The notes under the pieces: generated by a model
Told to the model about the DNA's origin: nothing
The model's input: only the letters and a program-made list of their open reading frames with translations
Database searches by the model: none
Shown: one piece after another, positions 18,928 to 28,678 of the stretch
Layout of the letters: every line of letters begins with the position of its first letter
Numbering within the stretch: position 1 is the stretch's first letter
Position numbers and translations under genes: made by a program
DNA from: Euryarchaeota archaeon UBA202
GTDB taxonomy: Archaea; Thermoplasmatota; E2; UBA202
Assembly: GCA_002502685.1 (NCBI GenBank)
Contig: DAQA01000008.1
Span: 73,882 to 133,209, forward strand
DNA: 59,328 nucleotides
Direction of reading: 5' to 3'

Positions 18928-21378
18928 ATGCCTACCAAAAATAAAAGCAAAAATGAGGAATTAATTCTTTGGTTTGATGAAATTGATAGAAATGATATTC
19001 CCCAAGTGGGAGGAAAAAATGCATCACTTGGCGAGATGATACAGCATCTAGAAAAAAAGGATATCCGGGTCCCCAAAGGTTTTGCAGTCACCGCAGAGGC
19101 ATACCGACGCATGATTCACTCAGCAGGAATAGAAAAAAAAATCATGAAGCTGTTATCTACCCTTGACAAAACTGACATAAAAAAATTAGATGAAAGTGGA
19201 AGAAAGATTCGTGATATGATCAATACTGCCTCCTTCCCTCCAGAACTTGATAAAGAAATCAGGAAGGCATATAATAAAATGCAAAAATTATATGGAAAAA
19301 ATATAGATGTTGCTGTGCGCAGTAGCGCCACAGCAGAGGATCTTCCCACCGCCTCATTTGCAGGGCAGCAAGAAACCTATCTTAATATCCAAGGGATAGA
19401 TCATTTACTGAGGGTTATTAAGAAATGTTTTTCCTCCCTTTTTACCAACCGTGCTATCTCCTATAGAGTGGACAAAGGCTTTGATCATTCCAAGGTTTAT
19501 ATCTCCGTAGGTGTGCAAAGAATGATACGCTCTGATATCGGTTCCTCAGGCGTGGCGTTTTCTATTGATACAGAGACTGGCTTTCAGGATGCGGTGCTTA
19601 TCAATGCATCATGGGGACTTGGAGAAGCAATTGTAGGTGGCCGGGTTAACCCTGATCAATATTATGTTTTTAAGCCCACCTTGGCTGAAGGATACAAGTC
19701 CATTGTGGAAAAAAAATTAGGGGATAAAAAAATTAAGATTGTGTACGGCAAAAAAGGGACTAAGATCGTAAAGACACCAGTAGCTGAACAACACAAATAT
19801 GTCCTGGGTGAGGATGAAATACTCAGGCTAACCAAATGGATTTGCACAATTGAGGATCATTATGGCGTTCCCATGGATATTGAATGGGCCAAGGATGGAA
19901 AAACAGATCAGATGTATATTGTTCAGGCTCGCCCTGAAACAGTACATTCCCAAAAGGATTACATGAAAATTGAAAAATATGTTTTGGAGGAAAAAGGAAG
20001 TGTTGTAACCCAAGGGGAAGCTGTGGGAAGTAAAATTGGAGTGGGTAAGGCCAATATCCTAACGACTGCAAAAAATATTCAAAAATTCAAAAAAGGCCAG
20101 GTATTGGTGACTGATATGACTGACCCTGATTGGGAACCCATAATGAAGATTTCTGCAGCAATTATTACCAACCATGGCGGTAGGACATGTCATGCAGCTA
20201 TCATATCCCGTGAGTTGGGGATACCCTGTGTTATCGGGACGGGTAATGGCACTTCTCGTATAAAGAATGGCCAAGGGGTTACTGTTGATTGTTCCCAAGG
20301 TGAAGGAATTATCTATAAAGGGGAGTTAAAATATCGAGTAGAAAAAATGGAATTGGATAAAATTCCTTCCACCAGGACAAAAATTATGATGAATGTGGGT
20401 GTTCCAGAAATGGCGTTTTCCCAGAGACAAATACCCAATGATGGCGTGGGATTAGCTCGGGAGGAATTTATCATCAGTTCTCATATTGGTATCCATCCCC
20501 GTGCATGTATCGAGTATAACATTCTCAAGAAAAAGGCAAAAAAGGATAAGCAAATAGCATCCATCATTAAAAAAATTGATGCTTTGAGTCAAGGGTATGA
20601 TAATAAAATTGATTTTTTTATAGATTCTCTTGCTCGCGGTATCGGGAAAATCGCTGCTGGTTTTTATCCCCATGATGTCATTGTTCGTCTCTCTGATTTT
20701 AAAACCAATGAATACGCTAGCTTAGTGGGGGGCAGCCTCTATGAACCCAAGGAACATAATCCCATGATTGGATGGCGGGGAGCGTCACGTTATTATGATA
20801 AATCATTTAAGCCTGCGTTTCGGTTAGAATGCAAGGCCATAAAAAAAGTCAGGGATGAGATAGGTTTGACCAATGTCAAGGTCATGATTCCGTTTTGCCG
20901 GACGCCTGAAGAAGGCAGAAGAGTTATTGCCACCATGAAAGAATTTGGTCTTCGGCAAGGAGAGAATAACCTTGAAGTCTATGTCATGTGTGAAATACCC
21001 TCCAATGTGATGCTTGCAGATCAGTTTGCTGACATCTTTGATGGTTTTTCCATTGGAAGCAATGATCTTACACAGCTGACCCTTGGTCTTGATAGAGATT
21101 CTGATCTGGTATCGTCTCTTTTTGATGAAAATAATGAAGCAGTGAAGCGAATGATTTCTGATCTTATCACCATTGCCCAGGCAAAGGGAATAAAAACAGG
21201 TATTTGTGGCCAGGCTCCCTCTGATTATCCTGAATTTGCTAAATTTTTGGTGCAATGTGGCATTGACTCCATGTCTCTTAATCCGGACTCTGTGATATCC
21301 ACACGACTTCGTGTAGCTGAAAAAGAAAAGCAGCTAGGGGTGGCTCAAAAGCACCTTTCCTTCTTTACACCCCATTGA
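18928..21378 (+). CDS. ppsA: Phosphoenolpyruvate synthase
   Basis: VGGKNASLGEM, VAVRSSATAEDLPTASFAGQQETY, GGRTCHAAIISRELG phospho-His motif, FSIGSNDLTQ, GICGQAPSD. Confidence 0.97.
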   Translation: MPTKNKSKNEELILWFDEIDRNDIPQVGGKNASLGEMIQHLEKKDIRVPKGFAVTAEAYRRMIHSAGIEKKIMKLLSTLDKTDIKKLDESGRKIRDMINTASFPPELDKEIRKAYNKMQKLYGKNIDVAVRSSATAEDLPTASFAGQQETYLNIQGIDHLLRVIKKCFSSLFTNRAISYRVDKGFDHSKVYISVGVQRMIRSDIGSSGVAFSIDTETGFQDAVLINASWGLGEAIVGGRVNPDQYYVFKPTLAEGYKSIVEKKLGDKKIKIVYGKKGTKIVKTPVAEQHKYVLGEDEILRLTKWICTIEDHYGVPMDIEWAKDGKTDQMYIVQARPETVHSQKDYMKIEKYVLEEKGSVVTQGEAVGSKIGVGKANILTTAKNIQKFKKGQVLVTDMTDPDWEPIMKISAAIITNHGGRTCHAAIISRELGIPCVIGTGNGTSRIKNGQGVTVDCSQGEGIIYKGELKYRVEKMELDKIPSTRTKIMMNVGVPEMAFSQRQIPNDGVGLAREEFIISSHIGIHPRACIEYNILKKKAKKDKQIASIIKKIDALSQGYDNKIDFFIDSLARGIGKIAAGFYPHDVIVRLSDFKTNEYASLVGGSLYEPKEHNPMIGWRGASRYYDKSFKPAFRLECKAIKKVRDEIGLTNVKVMIPFCRTPEEGRRVIATMKEFGLRQGENNLEVYVMCEIPSNVMLADQFADIFDGFSIGSNDLTQLTLGLDRDSDLVSSLFDENNEAVKRMISDLITIAQAKGIKTGICGQAPSDYPEFAKFLVQCGIDSMSLNPDSVISTRLRVAEKEKQLGVAQKHLSFFTPH

Positions 21379-21490
21379 ATATAGCACAGTTAATCTTTTT
21401 TTTCCTTTATTGCCATGATATTCTCTAGTTGTCAGGCAGAGATATTTTTTAACGATAAGGCTATAAACAAAATCCTATTTTTTTATACTA

Positions 21491-22429
21491 ATGGTGATTG
21501 TCAGTGCCCCTGGAAAAGTGATTCTTCTGGGGGAACATGCTGTTCTTTATGGTGAACCCTGCCTATCCACCGCGATTGACCTTAGAACCGATGTGCAGGC
21601 CATAGTGAAAGGAAGAACATTTCGGGTGAACTCCCACCGGATGGACAGTTGGCATCATACTTATATTAAAGCCGCGGTTGATACCCTCTGGACGGGTGAC
21701 CCCATACATTTTCGCACCCGTTCCAATATTCTCTCCGCGGGCGGTATAGGTTCCTCTGCCGCTCTTACTGTTGCCACAGTGGGCTGTCTATCCATGTTGG
21801 AGGGTGACTGGAATTTGGATAAAATCGCTCGGCAGAGTTACGATGTGGAATATAATGTACAAGGGGGGGGAAGCCCTACTGACACCTCGGTATCCACATT
21901 TGGATCAGGTATTCTGCTTTCCAATACAAAAGGTGATAATCTATTATGGGATATAAAAAAAGAGGGAAGGCAATGGTTCATCCATCATGTGGATATCCCC
22001 TCCTTAACCCTTGTTATTGGCAACACCGGGATAAAGTCAAAAACACCCATCCAGCTAAAAAAAATAAGACGTTTTGTCCAGCATTCTGGATTCTCTAGGG
22101 ATCTTATCACCGATATTGGTGCATTAGTCCATGATGGAATGAAGGCTTTGATGGATGAAGACTTTACCACATTTGGTAAACTAATGAATATTAATCAAAA
22201 TATTTTACATACCATGGGTGTAAGCACCAAGGAACTACAAAAATTGATAAATGTTTCCTTGAAAGCAGGGGCGTATGGGGCCAAACTAACTGGTGCGGGA
22301 GGGGGAGGAAGTATTATCGTGTTAACCGATGATCCACACGAAGTTTCTCAGGCTATTCGGGATGAAGGCAGTGTGTCTTTGATAGTTAAGTCAACCCGGG
22401 AAGGAGTAACCATCCTTGGATCCCACTAG
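21491..22429 (+). CDS. mvk: Mevalonate kinase (GHMP kinase)
   Basis: SAPGKVILLGEHAVLYG, GGIGSSAA, SPTD, GAKLTGAGGGG. Confidence 0.9.
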   Translation: MVIVSAPGKVILLGEHAVLYGEPCLSTAIDLRTDVQAIVKGRTFRVNSHRMDSWHHTYIKAAVDTLWTGDPIHFRTRSNILSAGGIGSSAALTVATVGCLSMLEGDWNLDKIARQSYDVEYNVQGGGSPTDTSVSTFGSGILLSNTKGDNLLWDIKKEGRQWFIHHVDIPSLTLVIGNTGIKSKTPIQLKKIRRFVQHSGFSRDLITDIGALVHDGMKALMDEDFTTFGKLMNINQNILHTMGVSTKELQKLINVSLKAGAYGAKLTGAGGGGSIIVLTDDPHEVSQAIRDEGSVSLIVKSTREGVTILGSH

Positions 22430-23664
22430 AATGCATACGTGATTAATCCTGACAAAATCTTCGGGAGAAAATAGGTTGATTTTTGGGGGAGATATTCACC
22501 CCGTAACGCCAGGGTTTTTAAGTCATTCATCTTTATGGGGTTTAAAAGAATAGCAAGTTGATATTTTCCCGTATCAACAAGTTGCCGCGCTTCTTTTTCA
22601 AAACGGGTATAATGGACATGGTTTTCCAAGAGGTCGGAACGGATATCCATAACTTTTTTCAGGAGGATCTCTTGTAGGATGGCTACATCAAGATTGTACC
22701 ATCTCTTGGAGTGTTTTTTATCCTCCCTATCTGTTATTTCATTTTTTAGTTTAAGAAGATATACCTTATCAGCATAGAGAGCAAAGACATGTTTTTTCTT
22801 CTTTATCATCTCCATGATCGACATTCCTGTTCTATCCATTTTTTCCTCAATGCTGAAAAACTCTCGTGCCCTTGATAACAGTTTTTTTATGTCTAGATCC
22901 AAGCCATAGATTAAGCGATGGGTTGGCAATATGGTTAATCCGGGATTGTCCATATCTACAAAGAGTGCCAGTCGATATTGTGCTTTCTTGTTTTCCAAAA
23001 AATAATTTATGGCTGTTTGATATCGATGATGCCCATCGGCTATGTACACTTTTTTATCAGTGAAAGAGTCACATACTTTTTTGGCAATATCCCCCGTGAC
23101 TGTCCAGCACCTATTCACTCCATTCCAAGAATGGGTTTCCATGGTAGGGGTGAGCGCGTCTTTTGCGTGTGATATTAAATTATCTATGTGGTTCTCCTCA
23201 TCATGGAAAAGTAATTCTATGGGTTCAAGATTTGCTTGACATGCCCGCATCAGTTTCAATCTGTCTTCTTTGGGTTTTGCCAGTGTATGCTCATGCGCTT
23301 TCACCATGTCATAGTGGATATCCAGCTTGAGGAGAGCAAAGAATCCCGTAAGGTTTTTCTTTTTTTTCTCATGGGTATATTCAACCTGGTAGGGGTAAAT
23401 TGCTGGTTGATCATCCTGTATTAATACTTGTTTTTTTAGATAGTCCTGGAATAAAGTTGCTGCCCGGGTGTATTGATTATGGGTGCTATCATCCTGGGAA
23501 AAGGTCTTTCCCAAGGTGAGCCGTACCAGGTTATGGCTGTCCCTGTGATAGAGTTCATCCTGCAATTCAGGAGATATTATATCATAAGGGGGAGCTGTTA
23601 CCTTAGTAATATCAACCTTGTCCATATTGTAATGAATCCCTTTAAATGGCTGTACCTCGACCAT
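22426..23664 (-). CDS. DUF1015 family protein
   Basis: APPYDII, HEHTLAKPKEDRL, YIADGHHRYQTA, ILPTHRL, PQKSTYFLPK. Confidence 0.9.
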   Translation of the reverse strand: MVEVQPFKGIHYNMDKVDITKVTAPPYDIISPELQDELYHRDSHNLVRLTLGKTFSQDDSTHNQYTRAATLFQDYLKKQVLIQDDQPAIYPYQVEYTHEKKKKNLTGFFALLKLDIHYDMVKAHEHTLAKPKEDRLKLMRACQANLEPIELLFHDEENHIDNLISHAKDALTPTMETHSWNGVNRCWTVTGDIAKKVCDSFTDKKVYIADGHHRYQTAINYFLENKKAQYRLALFVDMDNPGLTILPTHRLIYGLDLDIKKLLSRAREFFSIEEKMDRTGMSIMEMIKKKKHVFALYADKVYLLKLKNEITDREDKKHSKRWYNLDVAILQEILLKKVMDIRSDLLENHVHYTRFEKEARQLVDTGKYQLAILLNPIKMNDLKTLALRGEYLPQKSTYFLPKILSGLITYAF

Positions 23665-23871
23665 GCAGGCACATCAGCGCTTTATTAAAAAATATATTCC
23701 TTATCTATGGGGGAAAGTTTTACCAGTGCTTTTTTGGTGCTTTTCTTCTCTCTCTCTCTCTTTTACTTTCAGCATTATTCCCATTATTTCAGCACAGGAT
23801 TACTTGTCTTGTTTACTATAGGTTTGTTTCGCAATCTTTTAAATGAAAGCGACATATCTATATCACCCCTC

Positions 23872-24699
23872 ATGTTAATCCAATCCTTTGATCCCTGGTC
23901 AGGAAGATTTTGTACCTGTCCACCCAAGTACTCACTTAATCCCTATACCGGTTGTTCACATGGATGCCTGTATTGCTATATCACTTCCTATATACCCCAA
24001 GGTTTTCACTGCCGGCCAAAAAAAAATCTCATCCTGCGTCTTTCCCAGGATCTTACCAAATGTCATGATCGATATCTTAGTATTTCAAATAGCTCAGATC
24101 CCTATCCTCCCGAGGAAAAAAAATATAAACTTATGACAAAGATATTGCCTCTTCTCAAAGATTCGGGCATAAAAGTTCTTCTGGTCACAAAATCCAATCT
24201 AATCACTAGAGATATACCTATTTTACGTACCATGTCTTTGGCAGTCTCCCTATCCATCACGACCTTAGATACAGACTGGGCTCAAAGGATAGAGCCACAC
24301 GCCCCCCCTCCCTCTAAACGATTACATGCCTTAAAATTATTGTCATCCTCACATATCCCCTGTTCAGTTCGCCTGGATCCCATCATCCCCGGGGTAAATG
24401 ATGAAGAGATCACTGACATCATCACAGCGATCTCCCCTTATTGCAAGCATGTTGTGTCCTCCACAGTTAAACCCCGCAGAGATGCCATGAAACGTCTGTC
24501 TGTTGCCCTCCCGGACATTGTCACAAATCTTTCCTTTCAGTTACAGGGAAACACATATTATTTACCAAAAAAACAGAGATACAGCTTAATGAAAAAAGTC
24601 AAAAAAACCTGTGAAGCAGAGCACCTCACCTTTGCCACCTGCAGAGAGGGCTTTCCCGAGATGCACACTGCTACCTGTGATGGAAGCCATTTGATATGA
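23872..24699 (+). CDS. Radical SAM protein, spore-photoproduct-lyase-like (SplB/COG1533 type)
   Basis: FDPW...CTCPPKYSLNPYTGCSHGCLYCY, SNSSDPYP, TKS, IEPHAPPP; probable start ATG 23872. Confidence 0.88.
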   Translation: MLIQSFDPWSGRFCTCPPKYSLNPYTGCSHGCLYCYITSYIPQGFHCRPKKNLILRLSQDLTKCHDRYLSISNSSDPYPPEEKKYKLMTKILPLLKDSGIKVLLVTKSNLITRDIPILRTMSLAVSLSITTLDTDWAQRIEPHAPPPSKRLHALKLLSSSHIPCSVRLDPIIPGVNDEEITDIITAISPYCKHVVSSTVKPRRDAMKRLSVALPDIVTNLSFQLQGNTYYLPKKQRYSLMKKVKKTCEAEHLTFATCREGFPEMHTATCDGSHLI

Positions 24700-25052
24700 A
24701 AGGAATCTATTGTCTCTTTATTTACCTCCAAAAAGACACACACATTAAAGTTGGAAGTTTAGGTCGTCTTTTTTTCCCCCAGGGTTTCTATATCTATGTC
24801 GGATCTGCATTAAACAACCTGGAAAAAAGAATACAAAGACATACAAAAAAAGATAAAAAAATGCATTGGCACATCGATTATTTTCTTCAACATGCAACCA
24901 TCACAAATACCCTAACCATAGAAACACAGGATAAACTTGAATGCAGTCTTGCCCACCTACTCTCACTGATACCATCAGCGCAAGAAATCCCCCATTTTGG
25001 TTCTTCAGACTGTCAATGTACATCACATCTTTTCTATTTTCCATCACTCTAA
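24696..25052 (+). CDS. GIY-YIG (Uri superfamily, DUF123) endonuclease
   Basis: KGIYCL, YIYVGSA, RIQRH, HWHIDY, FGSSDCQCTSHL; ATGA overlap with the radical SAM gene. Confidence 0.9.
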   Translation: MKGIYCLFIYLQKDTHIKVGSLGRLFFPQGFYIYVGSALNNLEKRIQRHTKKDKKMHWHIDYFLQHATITNTLTIETQDKLECSLAHLLSLIPSAQEIPHFGSSDCQCTSHLFYFPSL

Positions 25053-25174
25053 CACAAGTCACGCATCCCCAAGATTGCTTTTTAGACACCAAAAAAATCC
25101 CTCACTGTTTTTGTTTCTTTATATATTGTTTTTTTCCTGAAAAAAAATTTTTCATACCAACACATAATTATTAA

Positions 25175-25756
25175 ATGTATAGCAGTATTCAAAAAACAGA
25201 AATGTCATTGATAGAGATTTGTTTTCATGGACGTGGCGGCCAAGGAGCAGTCACCGCTGCCAATCTTCTTGCCTTTGCTGCATTAAAAAGTGGCAATAAC
25301 GGCGTACAAGCATTTCCCTTCTTTGGTGCGGAAAGACGAGGTGCCCCGGTGAAAGCCTTTGCCCGGATAGATAACAAGGAAGTGTTTCTACGAAGTGAAA
25401 TTACACATCCTGATATTGTTGTCATTTTGGATACCGGAATCATGGATATCATTGATGTTACAAAGGGAGTGAAAAAAAAGGGTATAATCCTTCTTAATAC
25501 CTCGCGTCAACCCCATGATTTTTCTTTTCCCTGTCAGGTGGCAACAGTTGATGCAACATCAATTGCCTTGGACAATAACATATTAGTGGGTGGTACCCCG
25601 GTGGTAAATACGTCCATGGTGGGAGCCCTAGTATCTCTCCTTGACAATGTTAACCTGGCATCATTGGAACAGGCCATACATGATAGATTTAAAGGAAAAC
25701 AGGCAGAAAACAACATACTGGCAGTGCGACAGGCCAATAAGGAGGTGATGACATGA
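25175..25756 (+). CDS. porG: 2-oxoacid:ferredoxin oxidoreductase gamma subunit
   Basis: HGRGGQGAVTA, FPFFGAERRGAPV, VNTSMVGA. Confidence 0.93.
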   Translation: MYSSIQKTEMSLIEICFHGRGGQGAVTAANLLAFAALKSGNNGVQAFPFFGAERRGAPVKAFARIDNKEVFLRSEITHPDIVVILDTGIMDIIDVTKGVKKKGIILLNTSRQPHDFSFPCQVATVDATSIALDNNILVGGTPVVNTSMVGALVSLLDNVNLASLEQAIHDRFKGKQAENNILAVRQANKEVMT

Positions 25757-25998
25757 AAACAGCGATTTCATTACCCACCCTTGGTGCCATGGGGAAAACA
25801 GGCACCTGGAGGGTGTTTCGTCCCATAATTGATGTGGAAAAATGTATTAAATGCTGGAGATGCTGGATTTTTTGTCCCGACGGTGTGATATCTCGCGATG
25901 ACTATCCCACCATTGATCTTGAATATTGTAAAGGCTGTGGCATATGTGCCCATGAATGTCCCGTAGATGCAATTAAGATGGAGAGAGAAAAAAAATGA
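25753..25998 (+). CDS. porD: 2-oxoacid:ferredoxin oxidoreductase delta subunit (2x[4Fe-4S])
   Basis: KTGTWRVFRP, CIKCWRCWIFCP, YCKGCGICAHECP. Confidence 0.93.
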   Translation: MKTAISLPTLGAMGKTGTWRVFRPIIDVEKCIKCWRCWIFCPDGVISRDDYPTIDLEYCKGCGICAHECPVDAIKMEREKK

Positions 25999-27110
25999 TT
26001 GTGATTGATACCGGTAATAATATTGCTGCCTTGGCAGCCAAGATGGCGCGCCCCAAGGTGATTGCCGCCTATCCCATCACCCCTCAGACAAAAGTTGTTG
26101 AACGAATAGCAGAATTTGTTGAAAAAGGCGAGCTTGACACAGAATATATCCACGTGGAATCTGAACATTCTGCCATGACAGCATGTATTGCGGCCTCCGC
26201 AACAGGTGTGCGTACTTTTACTGCCACTGCCTCCCATGGTTTACTGCTAATGCATGAGATGCTTCATTGGGCAGGTTTATCGCGCCTTCCCGTGGTCATG
26301 GTAAATGTGAATAGATCTATTGGGCCCGGATGGAACATTTGGAGTGACCTAAATGATTCTCTCTCCCAGAGAGACACGGGATGGATCCAGTTTTATGCAT
26401 CAAGTAACCAGGAAATCTTTGACAATGTTATCCAAGCCTATAAGATTGCGGAGAATGAAGAGATTTTCCTACCTGCGATGGTGTCCTATGATGGTTTTAT
26501 TTTGAGTCATACTTCCATGCCTCTTGATGTACCCGATCAAAGCAAGATTGATGCCTTTTTACCTGCTTTCAAGCCCGGATGGACCCTGGATGTAGAACAT
26601 CCCATTACCCATGGAAATATTGTCTCCCCTAAGCCCTATATGGATATTCGTTATTCCATGGAGAAAGCGATGAAAAAAGCACAGAAAATTATCCAGGAAG
26701 TGGGTGAGGAATGGGGAAAAAAATTTGGGCGCCCCTATGGTCTTGTGCAAGAATATCGCTGTGATGATGCCGATTATGTTTTTGTGACCATGGCTGCCCT
26801 GGCAGCGGAAGCCAAGGTTGCAGTTGACAATTTAAGGGACAAGGGAGAAAAAGCAGGGTTGATTAATCTGCGCACCGTACGGCCCTTTCCCTATTCACAA
26901 TTGAAATATGACAATATGATTGTTATTGATCGCGATATCTCCCCAGGATTAGGGGGCATTATCTATCATGAGATGAAAAAACTCAATTATACAATGTATA
27001 GCTTTATTGCGGGCATCGGAGGAGTTGACGTGAGCTATAAGGATATTGAACGAATGTATCAATTGGCCCAGGATGACAAAGAGGGCTGGTATCCCCTGGA
27101 GGTGAAATAA
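25995..27110 (+). CDS. Pyruvate/2-ketoisovalerate:ferredoxin oxidoreductase alpha subunit (VOR-like)
   Basis: AYPITPQT, VESEHSAM, MHEMLHWA, DSLSQRDTGWIQ, DGFILSHT. Confidence 0.92.
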   Translation: MIVIDTGNNIAALAAKMARPKVIAAYPITPQTKVVERIAEFVEKGELDTEYIHVESEHSAMTACIAASATGVRTFTATASHGLLLMHEMLHWAGLSRLPVVMVNVNRSIGPGWNIWSDLNDSLSQRDTGWIQFYASSNQEIFDNVIQAYKIAENEEIFLPAMVSYDGFILSHTSMPLDVPDQSKIDAFLPAFKPGWTLDVEHPITHGNIVSPKPYMDIRYSMEKAMKKAQKIIQEVGEEWGKKFGRPYGLVQEYRCDDADYVFVTMAALAAEAKVAVDNLRDKGEKAGLINLRTVRPFPYSQLKYDNMIVIDRDISPGLGGIIYHEMKKLNYTMYSFIAGIGGVDVSYKDIERMYQLAQDDKEGWYPLEVK

Positions 27111-27992
27111 ATGGCCATTAAGGATCTTCCACGTGACGAATATCTTCTCAAGGGACATGCCGCCTGTCCCGGCTGCCCCATCACGGTGGCTCTTAGGATT
27201 GCCCTGAAGGCATTAGGGAACAAAACTATTTTGGTGATACCTGCGTGTTGCAGCTCTGTCATCCAAGCCCTCTACCCTAAATCAGGGTTTAATGTTCCCA
27301 TCCTCAATATTGCCTTTGAGGCCGCAGCCGCGGGGGCATCAGGTGTTTCAGCTGCCCTTAAAAAGCTTGATAAAACCGATATTACGCCCGTGGTATGGGC
27401 TGGAGATGGCGGAAGTTATGATATTGGTATCCAGGCTCTCTCGGGAGCCTTGGAACGAGGAACAAATTTTATCTACATCTGCTATAATAATCAAATGTAC
27501 TCAAACACGGGTATCCAGAGAAGCGGGGCAACACCCTATGGGGCTTGGACCACCACCACCTGGACTGGAAAAAAAGAGCATCAAAAAGAATTGGGTGAAA
27601 TTGTTCGAGCGCACCATATCCCCTATGTTGCCACCGCCACAATCTCCTATCCTGAGGATTTATATGCCAAAGTACTCAAGGCAAAGAATATGAAGGGCCC
27701 TCGATACATTGAAATCTTTGCCCCCTGTCCTCCCGGATGGAGATTTGATATGAGTAAAACCATTGAGATGGCGCGTTTGGCGGTGGAGACTGGAGCTTGG
27801 ATTCTTTATGAAGAGATTGATGGCCAGTTTGCATTTACATCCTATAGCAAGAAAATCTTGGAGGGAAGGGATCGTAAACCTATTGAAGAATGGCTTCAAT
27901 TGCAAGGTCGCTTTCGTCATTTAACTGAGGATGACATGAAAAAAATTAATTCCCATTTGGATGAGAAATGGAATCAGTACAAGAAAAGCTAA
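27111..27992 (+). CDS. Pyruvate/2-ketoisovalerate:ferredoxin oxidoreductase beta subunit (VOR-like)
   Basis: GHAACPGC, IPACCS, TPP motif GDGG...NN, NTGIQRSGATP, APCPPGW. Confidence 0.92.
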   Translation: MAIKDLPRDEYLLKGHAACPGCPITVALRIALKALGNKTILVIPACCSSVIQALYPKSGFNVPILNIAFEAAAAGASGVSAALKKLDKTDITPVVWAGDGGSYDIGIQALSGALERGTNFIYICYNNQMYSNTGIQRSGATPYGAWTTTTWTGKKEHQKELGEIVRAHHIPYVATATISYPEDLYAKVLKAKNMKGPRYIEIFAPCPPGWRFDMSKTIEMARLAVETGAWILYEEIDGQFAFTSYSKKILEGRDRKPIEEWLQLQGRFRHLTEDDMKKINSHLDEKWNQYKKS

Positions 27993-28036
27993 GTCCCCTG
28001 TTTTTTTAGGGGATGTTCTTTTTTTACTTTTTTTTT

Positions 28037-28678
28037 TTATATTCTTTGAAATCCTCTTTTGGCAAAGGAGATGACTGATTTGAGTGGATATTTAAAGGGA
28101 AGTTGTGTCTGGCCGGTTCCCTTTGTTGTTTTTTTCTGTATTTCGGTGAGTACATCATCCCGGGTGGTGACATTATCTACCAGGGTGTATCCGATACCTG
28201 CCTCTGTGGGATCATGGGCGTCGCTTCCTCCGGTTTGTGCTATTTGGCGTTGTCTCGCCAGTTTATATGCCCGCAGATTGCACCAGTAAGAGCATCTGCC
28301 ATTGAAGGTTTCTATTGCATCGGCATGGGAAAAGTTTTTTTTGATTCCAGTGAAAAATCTGAAGGGATGGGGAATAATGGCGAGTCCTCCATTATCCTGG
28401 ATGTTCTCGATGGTTTCCTGGGGAGATAATCCTTTTTTTATTGGCTCGGTTATCCCCAGAGCCAGGATATGGCCATGGGCGGTAGAAATTTCGCATCCGG
28501 GGATAATGATAAAATCCAAGGGGGGGTCTTTCAGGATTTTCAGTGCACCCTTTACTATATTGTGATCTGTGACTGCCATTCCGTGAAATCCTTTTTTTTT
28601 TAAAAACTGGGCGATATCCCATGGTGTGCCAGTGGCATCTTGGGAATAATGGGTGTGGATATGCAAATCAAGTTTCAT
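28037..28678 (-). CDS. PHP domain metal-dependent phosphoesterase
   Basis: DLHIHTHYS, VTDHN, GCEIST, PHPF, GGSDAH. Confidence 0.92.
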   Translation of the reverse strand: MKLDLHIHTHYSQDATGTPWDIAQFLKKKGFHGMAVTDHNIVKGALKILKDPPLDFIIIPGCEISTAHGHILALGITEPIKKGLSPQETIENIQDNGGLAIIPHPFRFFTGIKKNFSHADAIETFNGRCSYWCNLRAYKLARQRQIAQTGGSDAHDPTEAGIGYTLVDNVTTRDDVLTEIQKKTTKGTGQTQLPFKYPLKSVISFAKRGFQRI

